The notes under the pieces were generated by a model, which was given only the letters and a program-made list of their open reading frames with translations, did not search any database and was not told the DNA's origin. Made by a program: the position numbers and the translations under genes. DNA of 58,010 nucleotides, counting the filler, from Barthelona sp. PAP020 (Eukaryota): the NCBI GenBank assembly GCA_040182905.1. It is 4 parts of 4 records of this genome, joined end to end, with 100 filler letters (N's around TTAATTAATTAA, not from the genome) between each part and the next. Parts side by side here need not be neighbours in the genome. Positions count along the whole stretch, not along the records: positions 26,945 to 46,897 come from JARQWU010000015.1; 3 more parts are not named here. One strand, given 5' to 3'. Below, one piece after another: positions 31,317 through 42,718 of the stretch (position 1 is its first letter; each line of letters opens with the position of its first letter).

Positions 31317-33011
31317 ATGGATTCTTCCGAAAAAGCGGTTGCTCTTGAAGAGTTGAAACGTAGATACAAAATATTGGATAATGACAGAAAATCACTCACT
31401 GAAAAAGTTCAAGGTATTTTACGTGGACAGAGGTATAATATTATTTTCTACTATTAAAACTAACAATTTAGAGCTGTTATTGACAGATTAAAACGTGAAA
31501 GAGATCAACTTCGAGAATCTTTGGCTGAAGAAACTGTGCCATATTCAAGTTCCAATAGTGGAACTGATAATTCAGGAGTATCTAACGCTGACAAAAGACT
31601 AACTAATTTGAAAAATCAAGAGGAAGCTTTGATTCGTAAGGAAAAGAATCTTCAAAACAAAATTTCCGATTTGAAAAGATTATCAAAAGGCTTAGATTTG
31701 AGAGTATCAGAACAAAGAAAAAAACTTGGTGAAATGAAGAAAAATAGAAGAGATACTTCAGCTGTTCAAAGACAAACTGAAATATTGGAAAATCGTTTAA
31801 ATAGATTTACCATCCGATTTAATGAATGTCAAACAAAAAATGCCGAATATAAGGAAAAAATTAATAATTTAAGAAGAGAGAGGTATGTTTTTGATCAAAT
31901 ATATGAAAAGTTGGAAAGTAAATTAAATGAGTTACAAGGAGAAATGTCTAATATTATTCGAGAAGCTAATGAAAACTATGATAAACGCAATGAATGTCAG
32001 GAAGAATTGAGAAAAGCCAAAGAAGAAGTTTCAAGAGAAATGCAAAGTTTTGATAAAGAATGGAATGAGTTAGGTAGGCTAATTGAACAAGATAGAAAAT
32101 TACGAGAACTGTTACAATTTAGAGAAAGGGAAGAAAGGAAGAAAAAACAAGAAATGGGTCAGGATAATAATTTTTTGAAAAAATTAAATGAATTTCAGAC
32201 TGAAGAAAAATTGGGTCAACAATTTGCCACTGAGAAAGTTAATTTGTATGAAGCTGCCTTTTTAAAGATTCAAGAAGCTACAAATGTTGAATCAATTGAG
32301 GAATTAGTTTCTAAATTTATTGCAGCGGAAGATCGTAACTTCTCTTTGTTTAATTTTTTGAATGATTTGAATTCTGACATTGAAAAGAAAGGCAAGCGCA
32401 TTGCAGAAATGACTCAAGAATTACAAAAGTTGCAAAATAAACAAACTATTTTACAATCACAAAAAACTTCTGAATTACAATCTGTTGAACATGAAATTGA
32501 GCTTCAGACCCAACAAAAAGCTGAATTTGAGAATAATTGTGTAAAATATGGAGATATTCTTCAATCAATTAAAAAGCAATTGAAACAATATGTACAAGAT
32601 TCAAAAAGAAAGAATGGCATTGTTCCCAAATTGGAAAATTCAGATACTTTTACTGGACAAGATATTATGAGATTATTGGGTGTGGTTGAGCAAGATTTGT
32701 CAGATTGTATGTTGAAGCAAGGTATGTTGGCTGTTCCCAAGGATTTAAATGATCAATTAGAAACCAAAACTCCTCAAGCAACCCCTGATATTGGCTCTTT
32801 CAAAAATTTAGCAACACCTTCCACACATTTAAATTTAAACTTACCTTCACAAAACGATCTATCGGATGATGAAGAAAATCAAGCTGTTGAAGAAGATTTT
32901 ACAGTACCTCTGTCCAGAAAGGATTTGAAGGAGCGCGCTTTGAAATTCATGTCTGAATCATCTAAAAAACCTCTTGCTACTCCTTCAATGAAACAAAAGA
33001 AAAGACGTTAA
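31317..33011 (+). CDS. ODA1: Outer dynein arm docking complex subunit (ODA1/DC2, CCDC114/CCDC63 family); intron 31433-31471
   Basis: LEELKRRYKILDNDRK, ILENRL...FN....N..Y.E.INNLRRER.VF..IY.KL and FIAAEDRNFSLFNFLNDLN. The 39-nt intron ends ACTAACAATTTAG. Confidence 0.88.
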
Positions 33012-33087
33012 TGTGTATAAAAGAATTTGTAATTTTTATTTTCGAAATATATCCTCAAAATTTTTTTTATAATTTTTTTGTTTTTCT

Positions 33088-33313
33088 TCTTGTACGAACG
33101 TTTTCCAAAACTTTCCCAAATCAGAGACCAGGAATCTCAGTTGATTAATCAATAATAAACCTTAATCTTTATTCTTTTCGTGGGGCCCAGAGTTCCAGAA
33201 AGGAACCTCTCTTTTTTGAGACCTACTCTTTCATAGGCTGTCATAGGAGAGCTACGCACTATGTGGGGTGTGAAATATTGCCTTACTAATTGCTCAAAAG
33301 AGTTTAACGCTCC
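33088..33313. repeat. Dispersed ~230-nt structured non-coding element, copy B
   Basis: Collinear homology with 16737-16967, in the same orientation. Confidence 0.75.
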
Positions 33314-33379
33314 GATATTTCCAAAATATTCAAAAATATCAGCCTTGTTAACCCTTTTTTTTTTGTGCGAAGAGCCAAA

Positions 33380-34150
33380 ATGAGCACATCAATTGTTAGA
33401 TTTTCTGTCAATAGAAAAAGAGAAACTGGATGTGGTTATGACCAACAAAAGATTCCTTTCCCTTTGAATAATTCAATTGGAATGAACGAATATTTAAACA
33501 TTATCAATGAAATTGATCAAAATATACCAATGCCAAACACAGCTTTTGTTCTTGCTGTTTTTTGTTTGATTATGTTTCTTTGCCCAACGACAATAGGTAT
33601 TTTTCTTGTTGCAGCACCCAAATTCGTTTTTGTTCCTGTCATTACAGATGTGTTATGCCTAATAATGTTGTTTTATAAGTTGCAAAAAAACAACAAAAAA
33701 TTTAGATTCAATTTATCTGAAAGTGTTTCCAGGTTAAATCGTGAATTTCATGGTAAATTATCAATTTCATTGCCTGATTTAGCTTTGTTAGACACTGGCG
33801 TTAAAAATTATGCAGATTTTTCACGTGATGAATTGTATTACAATATTCACGTTTATTTTGAACATAAACCAACTCAAATTCGACCAAATCAGATGCAACA
33901 AAAACAATTATATGTTGATCAACAGAATAATCAACAAATCAATCAATCTTATGTAAATCAATCTTTTAATCAACCAGTATCTCAACCAATATATCAACCG
34001 CATGTGAGCGAACTCAATCAACAACAAAATGAATACCAAATTCAAACCACTGATGAACCAAATGTTTCAACCAAAAACAATAGCGATTCAAATTATTCAT
34101 ATGATCCTTCTTCCAGTTATGACTTTGGATACACTCCAAATATTTATTAG
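33380..34150 (+). CDS. Two-TM protein with Q/N-rich tail (weakly Erf4/Golgin-A7-like N-terminus)
   Basis: ATG 33380; P.PL...I...EY..II.EI, then a hydrophobic hairpin and a low-complexity C-terminus. The family call is weak. Confidence 0.65.
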   Translation: MSTSIVRFSVNRKRETGCGYDQQKIPFPLNNSIGMNEYLNIINEIDQNIPMPNTAFVLAVFCLIMFLCPTTIGIFLVAAPKFVFVPVITDVLCLIMLFYKLQKNNKKFRFNLSESVSRLNREFHGKLSISLPDLALLDTGVKNYADFSRDELYYNIHVYFEHKPTQIRPNQMQQKQLYVDQQNNQQINQSYVNQSFNQPVSQPIYQPHVSELNQQQNEYQIQTTDEPNVSTKNNSDSNYSYDPSSSYDFGYTPNIY

Positions 34151-34721
34151 TTCTTTTACTTTGGTGTTTAGTGCAATTCTTTATTGTTGCTAATAATTTT
34201 TGGTTTCAAATTTTGAATAAAATACCATCTGGATTTTTTTATTAAAATGTCTTTTTCCTTTTGTTAAAAAAAAAAAGAAAAGAAATTGCAACTTTATAAA
34301 ACATACTACATATTTCCAGACATTCATCAAGTTTGAGCACTCAAGATGGCAATTCAAAATTCAAATAAATAAATAAATAAAACAATTGACGACATTTTGA
34401 ATTCAAATTCAAATTGTTAAATTGTTGATGATGAAAATTCGTGTCATACCTTTATTAAACAAATTGCATGTTTTAAATTTATTCACATAAATAAATGCAT
34501 GTTGATATTTGCTGAAAAGATTAAAAAAATGAAAAAAATGAAAAAACTGTTAGCTGAGAAAACGTTTCTCCAAATTTAAACTTGAAACGGTGGTACTGGT
34601 GACCAATATAAAAGAAACAGAATCATTGCTATTTGAATTTCGCATTACATACCTTAGCATTCATAAAACAAAATTTCGCAATCAAAAATTGTGGATTTTG
34701 AGAGACAAAAGTTTAATGAAA

Positions 34722-36107
34722 TCACAAGAATCTTTCTAATTCCATTTCAAGTTCTTCTTCCTCTTCAGCAGATATTAATTCATGCAAAAATTGGGATTCC
34801 TCCGTTGAACCAATTATTTCTTCCGGTTCAATGGAATCACCATGTTCTCCAAATAATTCAGACAACTTATCCATATTAATTCTTGAAGAAACACGCGATT
34901 TCAACAAATCAATACCTTCTTTGGATTTTCTAGCTTTAGATGCCTTTTGTTCTTTATCTCTTTCTTTCAACTTTTCAAGATGTTCTTCATACCATTCCCC
35001 ATACAACTGATCGAATACCTGAGCATTCAACTGCACTTCCTCTTTTGAATAAATCATAGAAGCAATTTCTTGGTCATAATAAGAAAGATCTTCTGGTTCA
35101 TTTGCAAACTCAGCAGCTTGAATTTCCTGCAATAATCTCTCTTCAACATCTAAAAGTTCTGTTGTATTTGTACCTTCCATTATAGCATCAAATTCTTCTA
35201 AAACCTTTGCCATATGCTTTCTAAAGGTAGGATGAGTGAGTTGTTCAGCTAATTCTAATTTTCCATCTTCAAGTTGTTCACCAGTCATCGACGATGATGG
35301 AAGTTCAGTAAATTCAAGGGTGCGCTTATGTAGTGTTGTTGATGCAATCTTCACTATTCTTGTGATTTCTTCATAAGTTCTATTGTAACCATACATACGA
35401 GATGCCACAAATAAAGCTGCACCACAAACACCTGATGGCCTTCTTCCCATATGAAGCCAATTTCTTTTCATTTCAGCAACTAATTTTAAAGCAGCGTTAG
35501 CAATCATTCCAGTTTCTTTGCCAAAATTAAGTTGAGCAGCGAATCGATGAATATATAAAGAAGGATCAACGATAGGCATATCCAAATGTAACTGTTGAAC
35601 AAATTTTACAAAACAATTTCCTAAAACGTAAAGATTTACCCTCAAATGTGAAGAAAAATCAATTAACATGAATGGCTTTTTTTCTCGACGACACACAGTA
35701 TATAAACAAACAGCATATACATGTTCAGCTCTTCTACCTCTACAAAAACCATTGCTTAAAGCAAGCATATAAAATCTTTGAGCGGCTTCCACAACATGTT
35801 GGCCCAAACCAAAATTTTGAGCAATATCTTGAATTCTATGCTTCGCTTTTGCAATAGTTATATCTCGACTTTTCGAATTAAATAAAAACCCCTTGCCGTG
35901 AGATGAAGTGCCACTAGAACTGGTTGAACTAATAAACTGACCTGATGTGGAGGTTGATCCACCACTTTCAATAAATTGTAATTCATTAACAACAACATTT
36001 TCATCAATAACTTCACCACAATTTGCACAACAAGTCATTCCTTTTTGTTCAACTTGTGAAAGAGTTGTACTTCCACAATTTGGACATACAAAAGATTGAG
36101 AATTCAT
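34722..36107 (-). CDS. BRF1: Transcription factor IIIB subunit BRF1
   Basis: Zn ribbon CPNCG...CANCG, cyclin repeats with GRR..VYAVCLYTVCRREK.PFMLIDFS, DPSLYIHRFA and MKRNWLHMGRRPSGVCGAAL, and C-terminal SSRIN. Confidence 0.95.
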   Translation of the reverse strand: MNSQSFVCPNCGSTTLSQVEQKGMTCCANCGEVIDENVVVNELQFIESGGSTSTSGQFISSTSSSGTSSHGKGFLFNSKSRDITIAKAKHRIQDIAQNFGLGQHVVEAAQRFYMLALSNGFCRGRRAEHVYAVCLYTVCRREKKPFMLIDFSSHLRVNLYVLGNCFVKFVQQLHLDMPIVDPSLYIHRFAAQLNFGKETGMIANAALKLVAEMKRNWLHMGRRPSGVCGAALFVASRMYGYNRTYEEITRIVKIASTTLHKRTLEFTELPSSSMTGEQLEDGKLELAEQLTHPTFRKHMAKVLEEFDAIMEGTNTTELLDVEERLLQEIQAAEFANEPEDLSYYDQEIASMIYSKEEVQLNAQVFDQLYGEWYEEHLEKLKERDKEQKASKARKSKEGIDLLKSRVSSRINMDKLSELFGEHGDSIEPEEIIGSTEESQFLHELISAEEEEELEMELERFL

Positions 36108-36322
36108 TCAATCAAAACATGCAAACTAAAAAAATTTCAAATTAGGAAACAATTCAAAAAACAAGCATAAACAACATGAATATAACAAATACATTAAAAA
36201 TTTACAACCAATATGGGTTTTGTTGAATATTCTATAATAAGAGTATTAGTATTTTTTTAATAACTTTTCATGGTTTGAAAACTTGGTTGTTCTTTTGAGG
36301 CAAATTTTTGAATAATTTACAC

Positions 36323-38485
36323 ATGAATGAATTAGATTTAAAAAAAAGAAAAGACGAAGTCGAAAAATCTTCTTTGAAGTTTGTAACACATCGTTTGAAT
36401 CGAATAAATGAGAATTTTTCATTTGCAATTTTATGGATTATTTATATATTACAATTTGTGAGTTTAACTTTCAAATTTTACAGATCTTGGAGAATTCCTT
36501 ACATTTTTGTCAATGTTTCAAGGTTTTTTTCATTTTTCTTTTTCGATTTAACTATATTATTATCTCCTTTATCAAGTAACAGTACTTTTTTAGTTTTTTA
36601 TACTGTTCAATGTTTCATCATTGGATTAATCAATTTATGGTTAGAAATAGTACATCAGCATTCATTAAAATTGAAGCCATATTCTTTTAGTCATAAAATA
36701 ATTCCTTTAATACTTGAAATATCGACTGTATCTCATTTTTATCAATTTTTTTCCCTTTTGTCACATTTTTCGTTTCAAAATATTACATTATTCAATGTGA
36801 TTGTGTTGTTTGTGCAAATTTGTTTGTTATTTGTTTCAATATTTCATCTTTTTCGAGGGTTTTTGTATTCAGTCAGAGGACCTATTTTTTCAATAGAAGT
36901 TGATCACGAAGCGTATTTGATTAGTGTTGAGCTCGGATTTGCATGCTTTTTAGATCAAACTTATGGTTCTCGTGGTGTGGCATGGTTTCAACATTATAAG
37001 TTTAAAAATCATAATTTTCGAATCTTTTTAATAGCTATTAGAATCTTTTCTATTGGCACATGTTTTTGCAGCAGTTATTTTTCTAGTTTTCCAGACTACA
37101 TTGGACCACTTATCATTTTTTTGATGAATGTTCTTGTTTTTTGTTATTTGTTGGTTTCAAGACCATACAGAAGCAATGATTTGATGACTATTTCGTGCGT
37201 TTCTCTTTTTGGCATGTCTTTAATGTATTTTTTCTTCATTCAATGTGCTGTAGGCTATTCTTCATTATTTTTAATTGCTCCCATTTTTTTTGGCTTAAAT
37301 ATCATTATTGTCATCACAACTATGGTTGGTATTGTATTAGTTTGTATTTATGTTACAATCCCATATTTGTCTAACACAGGAACACCTGTAAAACAATCGT
37401 TGTTTGAGAGACCTGATATTTTATTCAAAATACATGATATTGCATCTGAAACAAAAATTATTAGGGAACAAATTGATTTCTCTCCTGAAATTGTTGATTT
37501 AAAGAGGATGAAATCCAATTTAGATTCTTTGTTGGCTTTGTTACATGAAGTCGTCATTGCACAATCACCTTTATTGTTATCCGTTCGGTCCTTTTACTTT
37601 GAGCAATTTAGTTTGTATTTGTACATTCTCAACAATAATATTTTGAATGCTGATCCTAACATTTTAAAACCTGTGAGAGGAATTTTTGGGTTATTTTCTC
37701 AAAGAAAAAGAAAACTATTGGACAAAGTTTTGTTTATTGATCATCTTGTCAAGGATTTGAGTTCAGTTGAATCATATCAATCACGCAATGATATTGCAGA
37801 GATCACCACCATTAATCAATCTGTTAGAGGACATGAAACAAATATTCAACAATTGAATGGCGTTTCAGAAAATGTGGAGAGTGATGACATCATGAATGAA
37901 GTTATTGATCAAGGAAAAGATTTTGATTTTGATATCAACTCTAATTTGGGCATGTTTGAGGAAGATGAAGAAGATGAAATTATCAGAGAAAAAAATAAGT
38001 TGTTTGGTTGTATTGATTATAACATCAGCGTTTTCCCTCGTAGTGTTGTTCCCAACATTATCAATCAAAGAATTATTTCATCTCCTTTCAATGTGCCATT
38101 CAACCCTTCAATGTTATCAGAAGCTGTTGGTGATGCTATTCTTATTTCCCAATTGTCATTTGACAAGTCTTTATTTGACCAATTAAATAAGTTTAACGAA
38201 GAATTTGAAGAAGTTGACAGTGGTATGAATTCTCCTTTGCGTCACATGAGTATAAACGGATTAGAACATTGTGATGATAATCAAAATGATGATGATGATC
38301 AATGGATGATTGAATATGTGTCTGCGAACAGTGAATCTTTAGATTCAGACAGTGATAGTGATGGTGATTCTGTGGTTGGTAGTTCCAGTTTAGTTTCATC
38401 ATTGGACAGAAAAAATTCTTCCAATAGACCCTCTTTTATTCCTTCATTGAAATTAAATGATATTGATAGTGAAGATGATGAGTAA
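36323..38485 (+). CDS. Multipass membrane protein with acidic cytoplasmic tail
   Basis: About 8-10 hydrophobic segments, an RPY motif after a TM pair and a D/E/S-rich C-terminus. No family recognised. Confidence 0.75.
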   Translation: MNELDLKKRKDEVEKSSLKFVTHRLNRINENFSFAILWIIYILQFVSLTFKFYRSWRIPYIFVNVSRFFSFFFFDLTILLSPLSSNSTFLVFYTVQCFIIGLINLWLEIVHQHSLKLKPYSFSHKIIPLILEISTVSHFYQFFSLLSHFSFQNITLFNVIVLFVQICLLFVSIFHLFRGFLYSVRGPIFSIEVDHEAYLISVELGFACFLDQTYGSRGVAWFQHYKFKNHNFRIFLIAIRIFSIGTCFCSSYFSSFPDYIGPLIIFLMNVLVFCYLLVSRPYRSNDLMTISCVSLFGMSLMYFFFIQCAVGYSSLFLIAPIFFGLNIIIVITTMVGIVLVCIYVTIPYLSNTGTPVKQSLFERPDILFKIHDIASETKIIREQIDFSPEIVDLKRMKSNLDSLLALLHEVVIAQSPLLLSVRSFYFEQFSLYLYILNNNILNADPNILKPVRGIFGLFSQRKRKLLDKVLFIDHLVKDLSSVESYQSRNDIAEITTINQSVRGHETNIQQLNGVSENVESDDIMNEVIDQGKDFDFDINSNLGMFEEDEEDEIIREKNKLFGCIDYNISVFPRSVVPNIINQRIISSPFNVPFNPSMLSEAVGDAILISQLSFDKSLFDQLNKFNEEFEEVDSGMNSPLRHMSINGLEHCDDNQNDDDDQWMIEYVSANSESLDSDSDSDGDSVVGSSSLVSSLDRKNSSNRPSFIPSLKLNDIDSEDDE

Positions 38486-38548
38486 TAGAATTTTTTTTAG
38501 CACTTTGACTTTTGTAAATTTTTTTTTTCATTTTTTTTACTGTTTCAA

Positions 38549-41500
38549 ATGGAAAGTCTTGTAAGTATAAGTGATAATTCAAGTTTATCTGCTTTATTTG
38601 CATCAATTTATGCATTAAAAAAAATGAGTTGTTCTCGATCCAAAAGACAAATTTTCCTAACACAATTAAGAGAAATTTGCGAAGGACAAAAACGATACTT
38701 ATATCAACAATTACCTATTATTCTTCAAATGTTGTCCAAATATGAGGATTGTGATAATTTCATTTTTGTCTTTTGTGAAATGTTTAAATATTTGCATATA
38801 CAAGAAATTTCTGATTATGATTTTGAAAAGAGTGTTCAAACAATATTGATAAAGACGATTTATGATGGATTTTTTGATATATTTTATTTTGTATCACAAT
38901 TTCCAAAAAAGATTAGAGAGTCAGCTCACCAAGCGATAAATGACTTTTTAGCACCCATAGCTGGAAATCATTTTATTAATTATTGTCATAAACATGCAAT
39001 TAAGGGATTTAAACAATGTGAAATGGAGGATAGGAATTTATTGCACAAGTCAATTGCCATAGTCAATTATTCTAAAGTTAATGATAAAGTTTTGAAAGTT
39101 ATTTTTGAAAATATTACACCTATTTTTGAAAGTTTATTGGAAGAAATTAGTTTTTTTTCAATGCATTTTGTCATGATTATTTTAAAGAATGTTGAACTTT
39201 TAAAATTTATAAATGCCAATTCATTCAGTAATTTATTCTATGATTTGTGTTTTAATTCTTGCAAAGTATTTCCATGTACTTCAACTAGTCTATTGTTGCC
39301 ATATTTGTTGATGACTTTAAAAGTTGATTTTTCTAGAACTCAATTTTTAGCGCTTGCTGACACTTCAATGACTTTACCCAGTTATTCTTTTGTTTTTGAT
39401 GATTTTGATATGTGTTTTATTGGTGTTATTCAATCAATGAAGATATGTTCAAAAAAAATTGCAATTAAAATGATACATAAATTGTTATCTTTGGAAAAAT
39501 TGTGCTCTGATGGATTAAAATTGGAGACATTATTGATGACGATACATTCTTTGCATTTAATTAAAGAAATAAAATTGAAAAAAATTTGTACTGCCATTAA
39601 TACATTGTATTTTGATGGAAGTGTAAAATCGGCGACTTGTTTAAAAATTGTTTTTTCTGCTTTTCAAGATTCAAATGATCAAAAGATGAATATTGTTCGT
39701 AATCTATTATCATTTGACAGAATTGATAACAATATTTTAATTACTTCCAGTCAAGCTGTTGGTTATGTGAAATTAATGCGTCCTTTTATTGAAGAGATCG
39801 AAGATTTTAAAGATTTGGAAACTGAAATACAAACAAAAGATAACGAGAAATATTTTGGAATGTTTGAAATTATTTTTGAATTTTTGGAACAAGCTTCCAT
39901 ATTTTTTGAACATTATTTACAAATTTTATATCATTTTCTTGTTGAATATCATGTTGAACCAAATGATACATATTGTTTTAGGCTATTGAAGTTAACCAAA
40001 AAGTTAACGAATGAGGATGTTATCTTTTTAAGATTGATATCTGATTGTTGTTTAATTTTAGTTGAAATTCAATCTATGGAACATTTATTAGCATTATTTG
40101 ATCATATTAATATTAATGAAGAATATCCTTTGTTATCTGTTGTTTTTTTGAATTTTAATCATGCTCTATTGAATAGATTTATTGATAATGATCAAATTCA
40201 TTGCAATGTAGACATGGGAACATTGGATGTAACTGACTTTATTGCGTTGTTTTCTTCTTCAACTTCTGATGAAACAAACACAGAAATTGAAAGATATGAC
40301 AAATTTATTCATATTGCAGAGCAAATAAACAATAACATCAATCCTAAAATTGTTGATTCTTTGTTAACTGCTTTAATTGAAGGAGAATATTGGAGATTAT
40401 GTGCTTATGTTATTAGAAAATATGCTTTGTCTTCATATTTTAAGGATTTATCCTGTTTTTCAAAAATTTCGACTGATTCATTATCTCATATTGTTAGGGA
40501 ATTGACTTTTATGCTTTCAGAGGATGATTTACAAATATTCTTTGCATTTTCAGATCTTGAACCTCGAATTTGTGAATGTTTCAATAATTATGGAATGGAG
40601 AAGATTTTGAAAGACATTTTAATGATGTTTGATGATGAAGAAGCATTCAGAGATGTTTGTTGTACAATTGGTGCTCACTCCATCGAAAATAATACAAATC
40701 AAATTATTAATTCAGTTATTGAAATATTTTGTTTGTGGCAAAATTGGCCAAATCCTTTTGAAAATGTCCAGAATATTGTTATTCCATTAACTTGGATTGA
40801 AACAATTATGAATTTATTGACGGATGATTTGGACAGGTTAATTTCTATTTTTTTGAGAACAACTGATCCAATTCAATTATGCAATATGTTCTTTTTGTTA
40901 TTAATGGTTGAGTTATATATTGACACAACCCAATATATGTTTATGCCATTTGATAATCCAAGTCATTTATTGATGGTCTTTTTGATGATAAACAATCCAG
41001 ATACAATAGATTGCAGTATTTATACTCAACAAATATCTGGTGCTATTGACAGTTGTTCCAAACATTACATAATGTCATCTTTGTTGTTACTGTCTTTGGA
41101 TGAAAAAATACATGTTCCACATAATGTTCATGGATTGATTGAAAGTGAGGATCTTGATGTTTTACTTGCTTTAACTTTGCTATCAAGTACTAGATATTAT
41201 TCTTTGTCATCACAAGTGTGTATGAATATGATATCTTTTATACTTAACGAAGGAATATCATTTGGTTCCAACGTTTGGTCAACATTGATGCCATTGCTAT
41301 TCAAATTATTGCATGTGTTTCCAAATCTTGAACATAATATTGAAATTGGAAAGCAATTTATGGCAGTTGCAAAATATTTCCCGGAGTCTTTTAACAATAT
41401 TGATATCAATTTGCCTAAGTTGAATACTCCAGCCTTTCCTTCAATTGATATGCTTTTGAATACTTTTAAGAAATCATTGACTGTTCAAACAGCCAGAAGC

Positions 41501-42454
41501 GTATTTGCTTGTGTATTTAGTGAGCCTTTATTTAATTATAATGATTATGAAGTAACAATGGAACATGTTATTGATACTATGGAATTGCTTAACGATCCTT
41601 GTTTGACGGAAACTGAATTGAAAATCATCATTCTGATGATATTATTGTTGTTGAAGAATTGTAACAATAAAGAAAGTATTGGCGATTTGATTTCTTCTCT
41701 ATTCAGTGAAGGGTCAATCATTGACAGATTTATTGCTTCAGTTGATTTGAGTTTATTGCCAAAAGTTGATAATATTGATTCAAGTATTTGCACCAGAGTC
41801 AACGGAATTGATTTATTGATTATTTTTATCATGTTTCAAGATTATTTGCCGAAAGTAACTCAAAATCCCAAATTTACGAAGCATTCCTCATATCTTATTG
41901 ATTTAATAAAAAAACCATTGATAAATGCCTCTTTTGACTCTTTGAAGAGTTGTATGAATGATGGAAAATTTGAATCAAACATTAGAATTGCATCTGATAA
42001 AATTTTCTTCACATTGAATTTGGAAGAAAAGAAATGTGTTGCCACATTGGCTATCCCTAATGATTATCCTTTATCTCCTTTGCTTTTTTCTCAAAATATT
42101 CCAAATTTAGGAATATCAGCAAATCCAAGATTTTTGTTGTTCAAGGAATTAAATATCAAAAGGCTGTTCAAAGCATCTTTTGCAGAAATGTATCCATTTG
42201 CCATTGGTGGCGAAAAAATTGAAAAAAGTAATGCCACTTTTGTTTTACCAATTAAGCTTTGGGAAACACAAATTGCAGAAAAATTTGGCAATTCCAACAT
42301 GTGTTTGATTTGTTATGGTGTTTGGAGAAAAGATCAATTGCCTTCAGAAGCCTGTCCACAATGTAACCAAAAATTCCACAAAAAATGTCTTCATGAATGG
42401 TTCTCTCATTCAGCTAATGTTCGTTGTCCTCATTGTGCCACTCCTCTTCAATGA
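38549..42454 (+). CDS. LTN1: E3 ubiquitin ligase listerin (RQC)
   Basis: N-terminal LKKMS...KR..L..L, a long helical body, RWD-like IPNDYPLSP and the C-terminal RING CLICY...LPSEACPQCNQKFHKKCLHEWFSHS...CPHC. Confidence 0.88.
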   Translation: MESLVSISDNSSLSALFASIYALKKMSCSRSKRQIFLTQLREICEGQKRYLYQQLPIILQMLSKYEDCDNFIFVFCEMFKYLHIQEISDYDFEKSVQTILIKTIYDGFFDIFYFVSQFPKKIRESAHQAINDFLAPIAGNHFINYCHKHAIKGFKQCEMEDRNLLHKSIAIVNYSKVNDKVLKVIFENITPIFESLLEEISFFSMHFVMIILKNVELLKFINANSFSNLFYDLCFNSCKVFPCTSTSLLLPYLLMTLKVDFSRTQFLALADTSMTLPSYSFVFDDFDMCFIGVIQSMKICSKKIAIKMIHKLLSLEKLCSDGLKLETLLMTIHSLHLIKEIKLKKICTAINTLYFDGSVKSATCLKIVFSAFQDSNDQKMNIVRNLLSFDRIDNNILITSSQAVGYVKLMRPFIEEIEDFKDLETEIQTKDNEKYFGMFEIIFEFLEQASIFFEHYLQILYHFLVEYHVEPNDTYCFRLLKLTKKLTNEDVIFLRLISDCCLILVEIQSMEHLLALFDHININEEYPLLSVVFLNFNHALLNRFIDNDQIHCNVDMGTLDVTDFIALFSSSTSDETNTEIERYDKFIHIAEQINNNINPKIVDSLLTALIEGEYWRLCAYVIRKYALSSYFKDLSCFSKISTDSLSHIVRELTFMLSEDDLQIFFAFSDLEPRICECFNNYGMEKILKDILMMFDDEEAFRDVCCTIGAHSIENNTNQIINSVIEIFCLWQNWPNPFENVQNIVIPLTWIETIMNLLTDDLDRLISIFLRTTDPIQLCNMFFLLLMVELYIDTTQYMFMPFDNPSHLLMVFLMINNPDTIDCSIYTQQISGAIDSCSKHYIMSSLLLLSLDEKIHVPHNVHGLIESEDLDVLLALTLLSSTRYYSLSSQVCMNMISFILNEGISFGSNVWSTLMPLLFKLLHVFPNLEHNIEIGKQFMAVAKYFPESFNNIDINLPKLNTPAFPSIDMLLNTFKKSLTVQTARSVFACVFSEPLFNYNDYEVTMEHVIDTMELLNDPCLTETELKIIILMILLLLKNCNNKESIGDLISSLFSEGSIIDRFIASVDLSLLPKVDNIDSSICTRVNGIDLLIIFIMFQDYLPKVTQNPKFTKHSSYLIDLIKKPLINASFDSLKSCMNDGKFESNIRIASDKIFFTLNLEEKKCVATLAIPNDYPLSPLLFSQNIPNLGISANPRFLLFKELNIKRLFKASFAEMYPFAIGGEKIEKSNATFVLPIKLWETQIAEKFGNSNMCLICYGVWRKDQLPSEACPQCNQKFHKKCLHEWFSHSANVRCPHCATPLQ

Positions 42455-42718
42455 ATCGTTGACAAGATATTTAGATCAGAAAGTTTGCAGCTGTGTTTTT
42501 GATACAGTCTTTATAAATTATCTTTTCATTTCGGGTTATTTTTTTCTTATTGTTTCGAAAGAAGAATGAATTCAATTTTATGCAACCAAACACCACGTCA
42601 AAATGTAGTTTACCGCTGTGTGAATAATATCCTAATCATGTAAATTCTTTCGCTCTTCAAAAGATATGTATTTCAGAAAAAAAAAAACTCTTCAATAAAC
42701 ACATTTTATAAACACAAA

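Noticed and set aside
33121..33130. TCAGAGACCA as a group I intron R element
   Set aside because: No matching S element or P7 partner, not conserved in copy A, and no host gene.
34428..34515. ATGATGA...CTGA as another C/D snoRNA
   Set aside because: No rRNA-complementary guide recognised, no internal boxes and no flanking splice signals, unlike the accepted snoRNAs.
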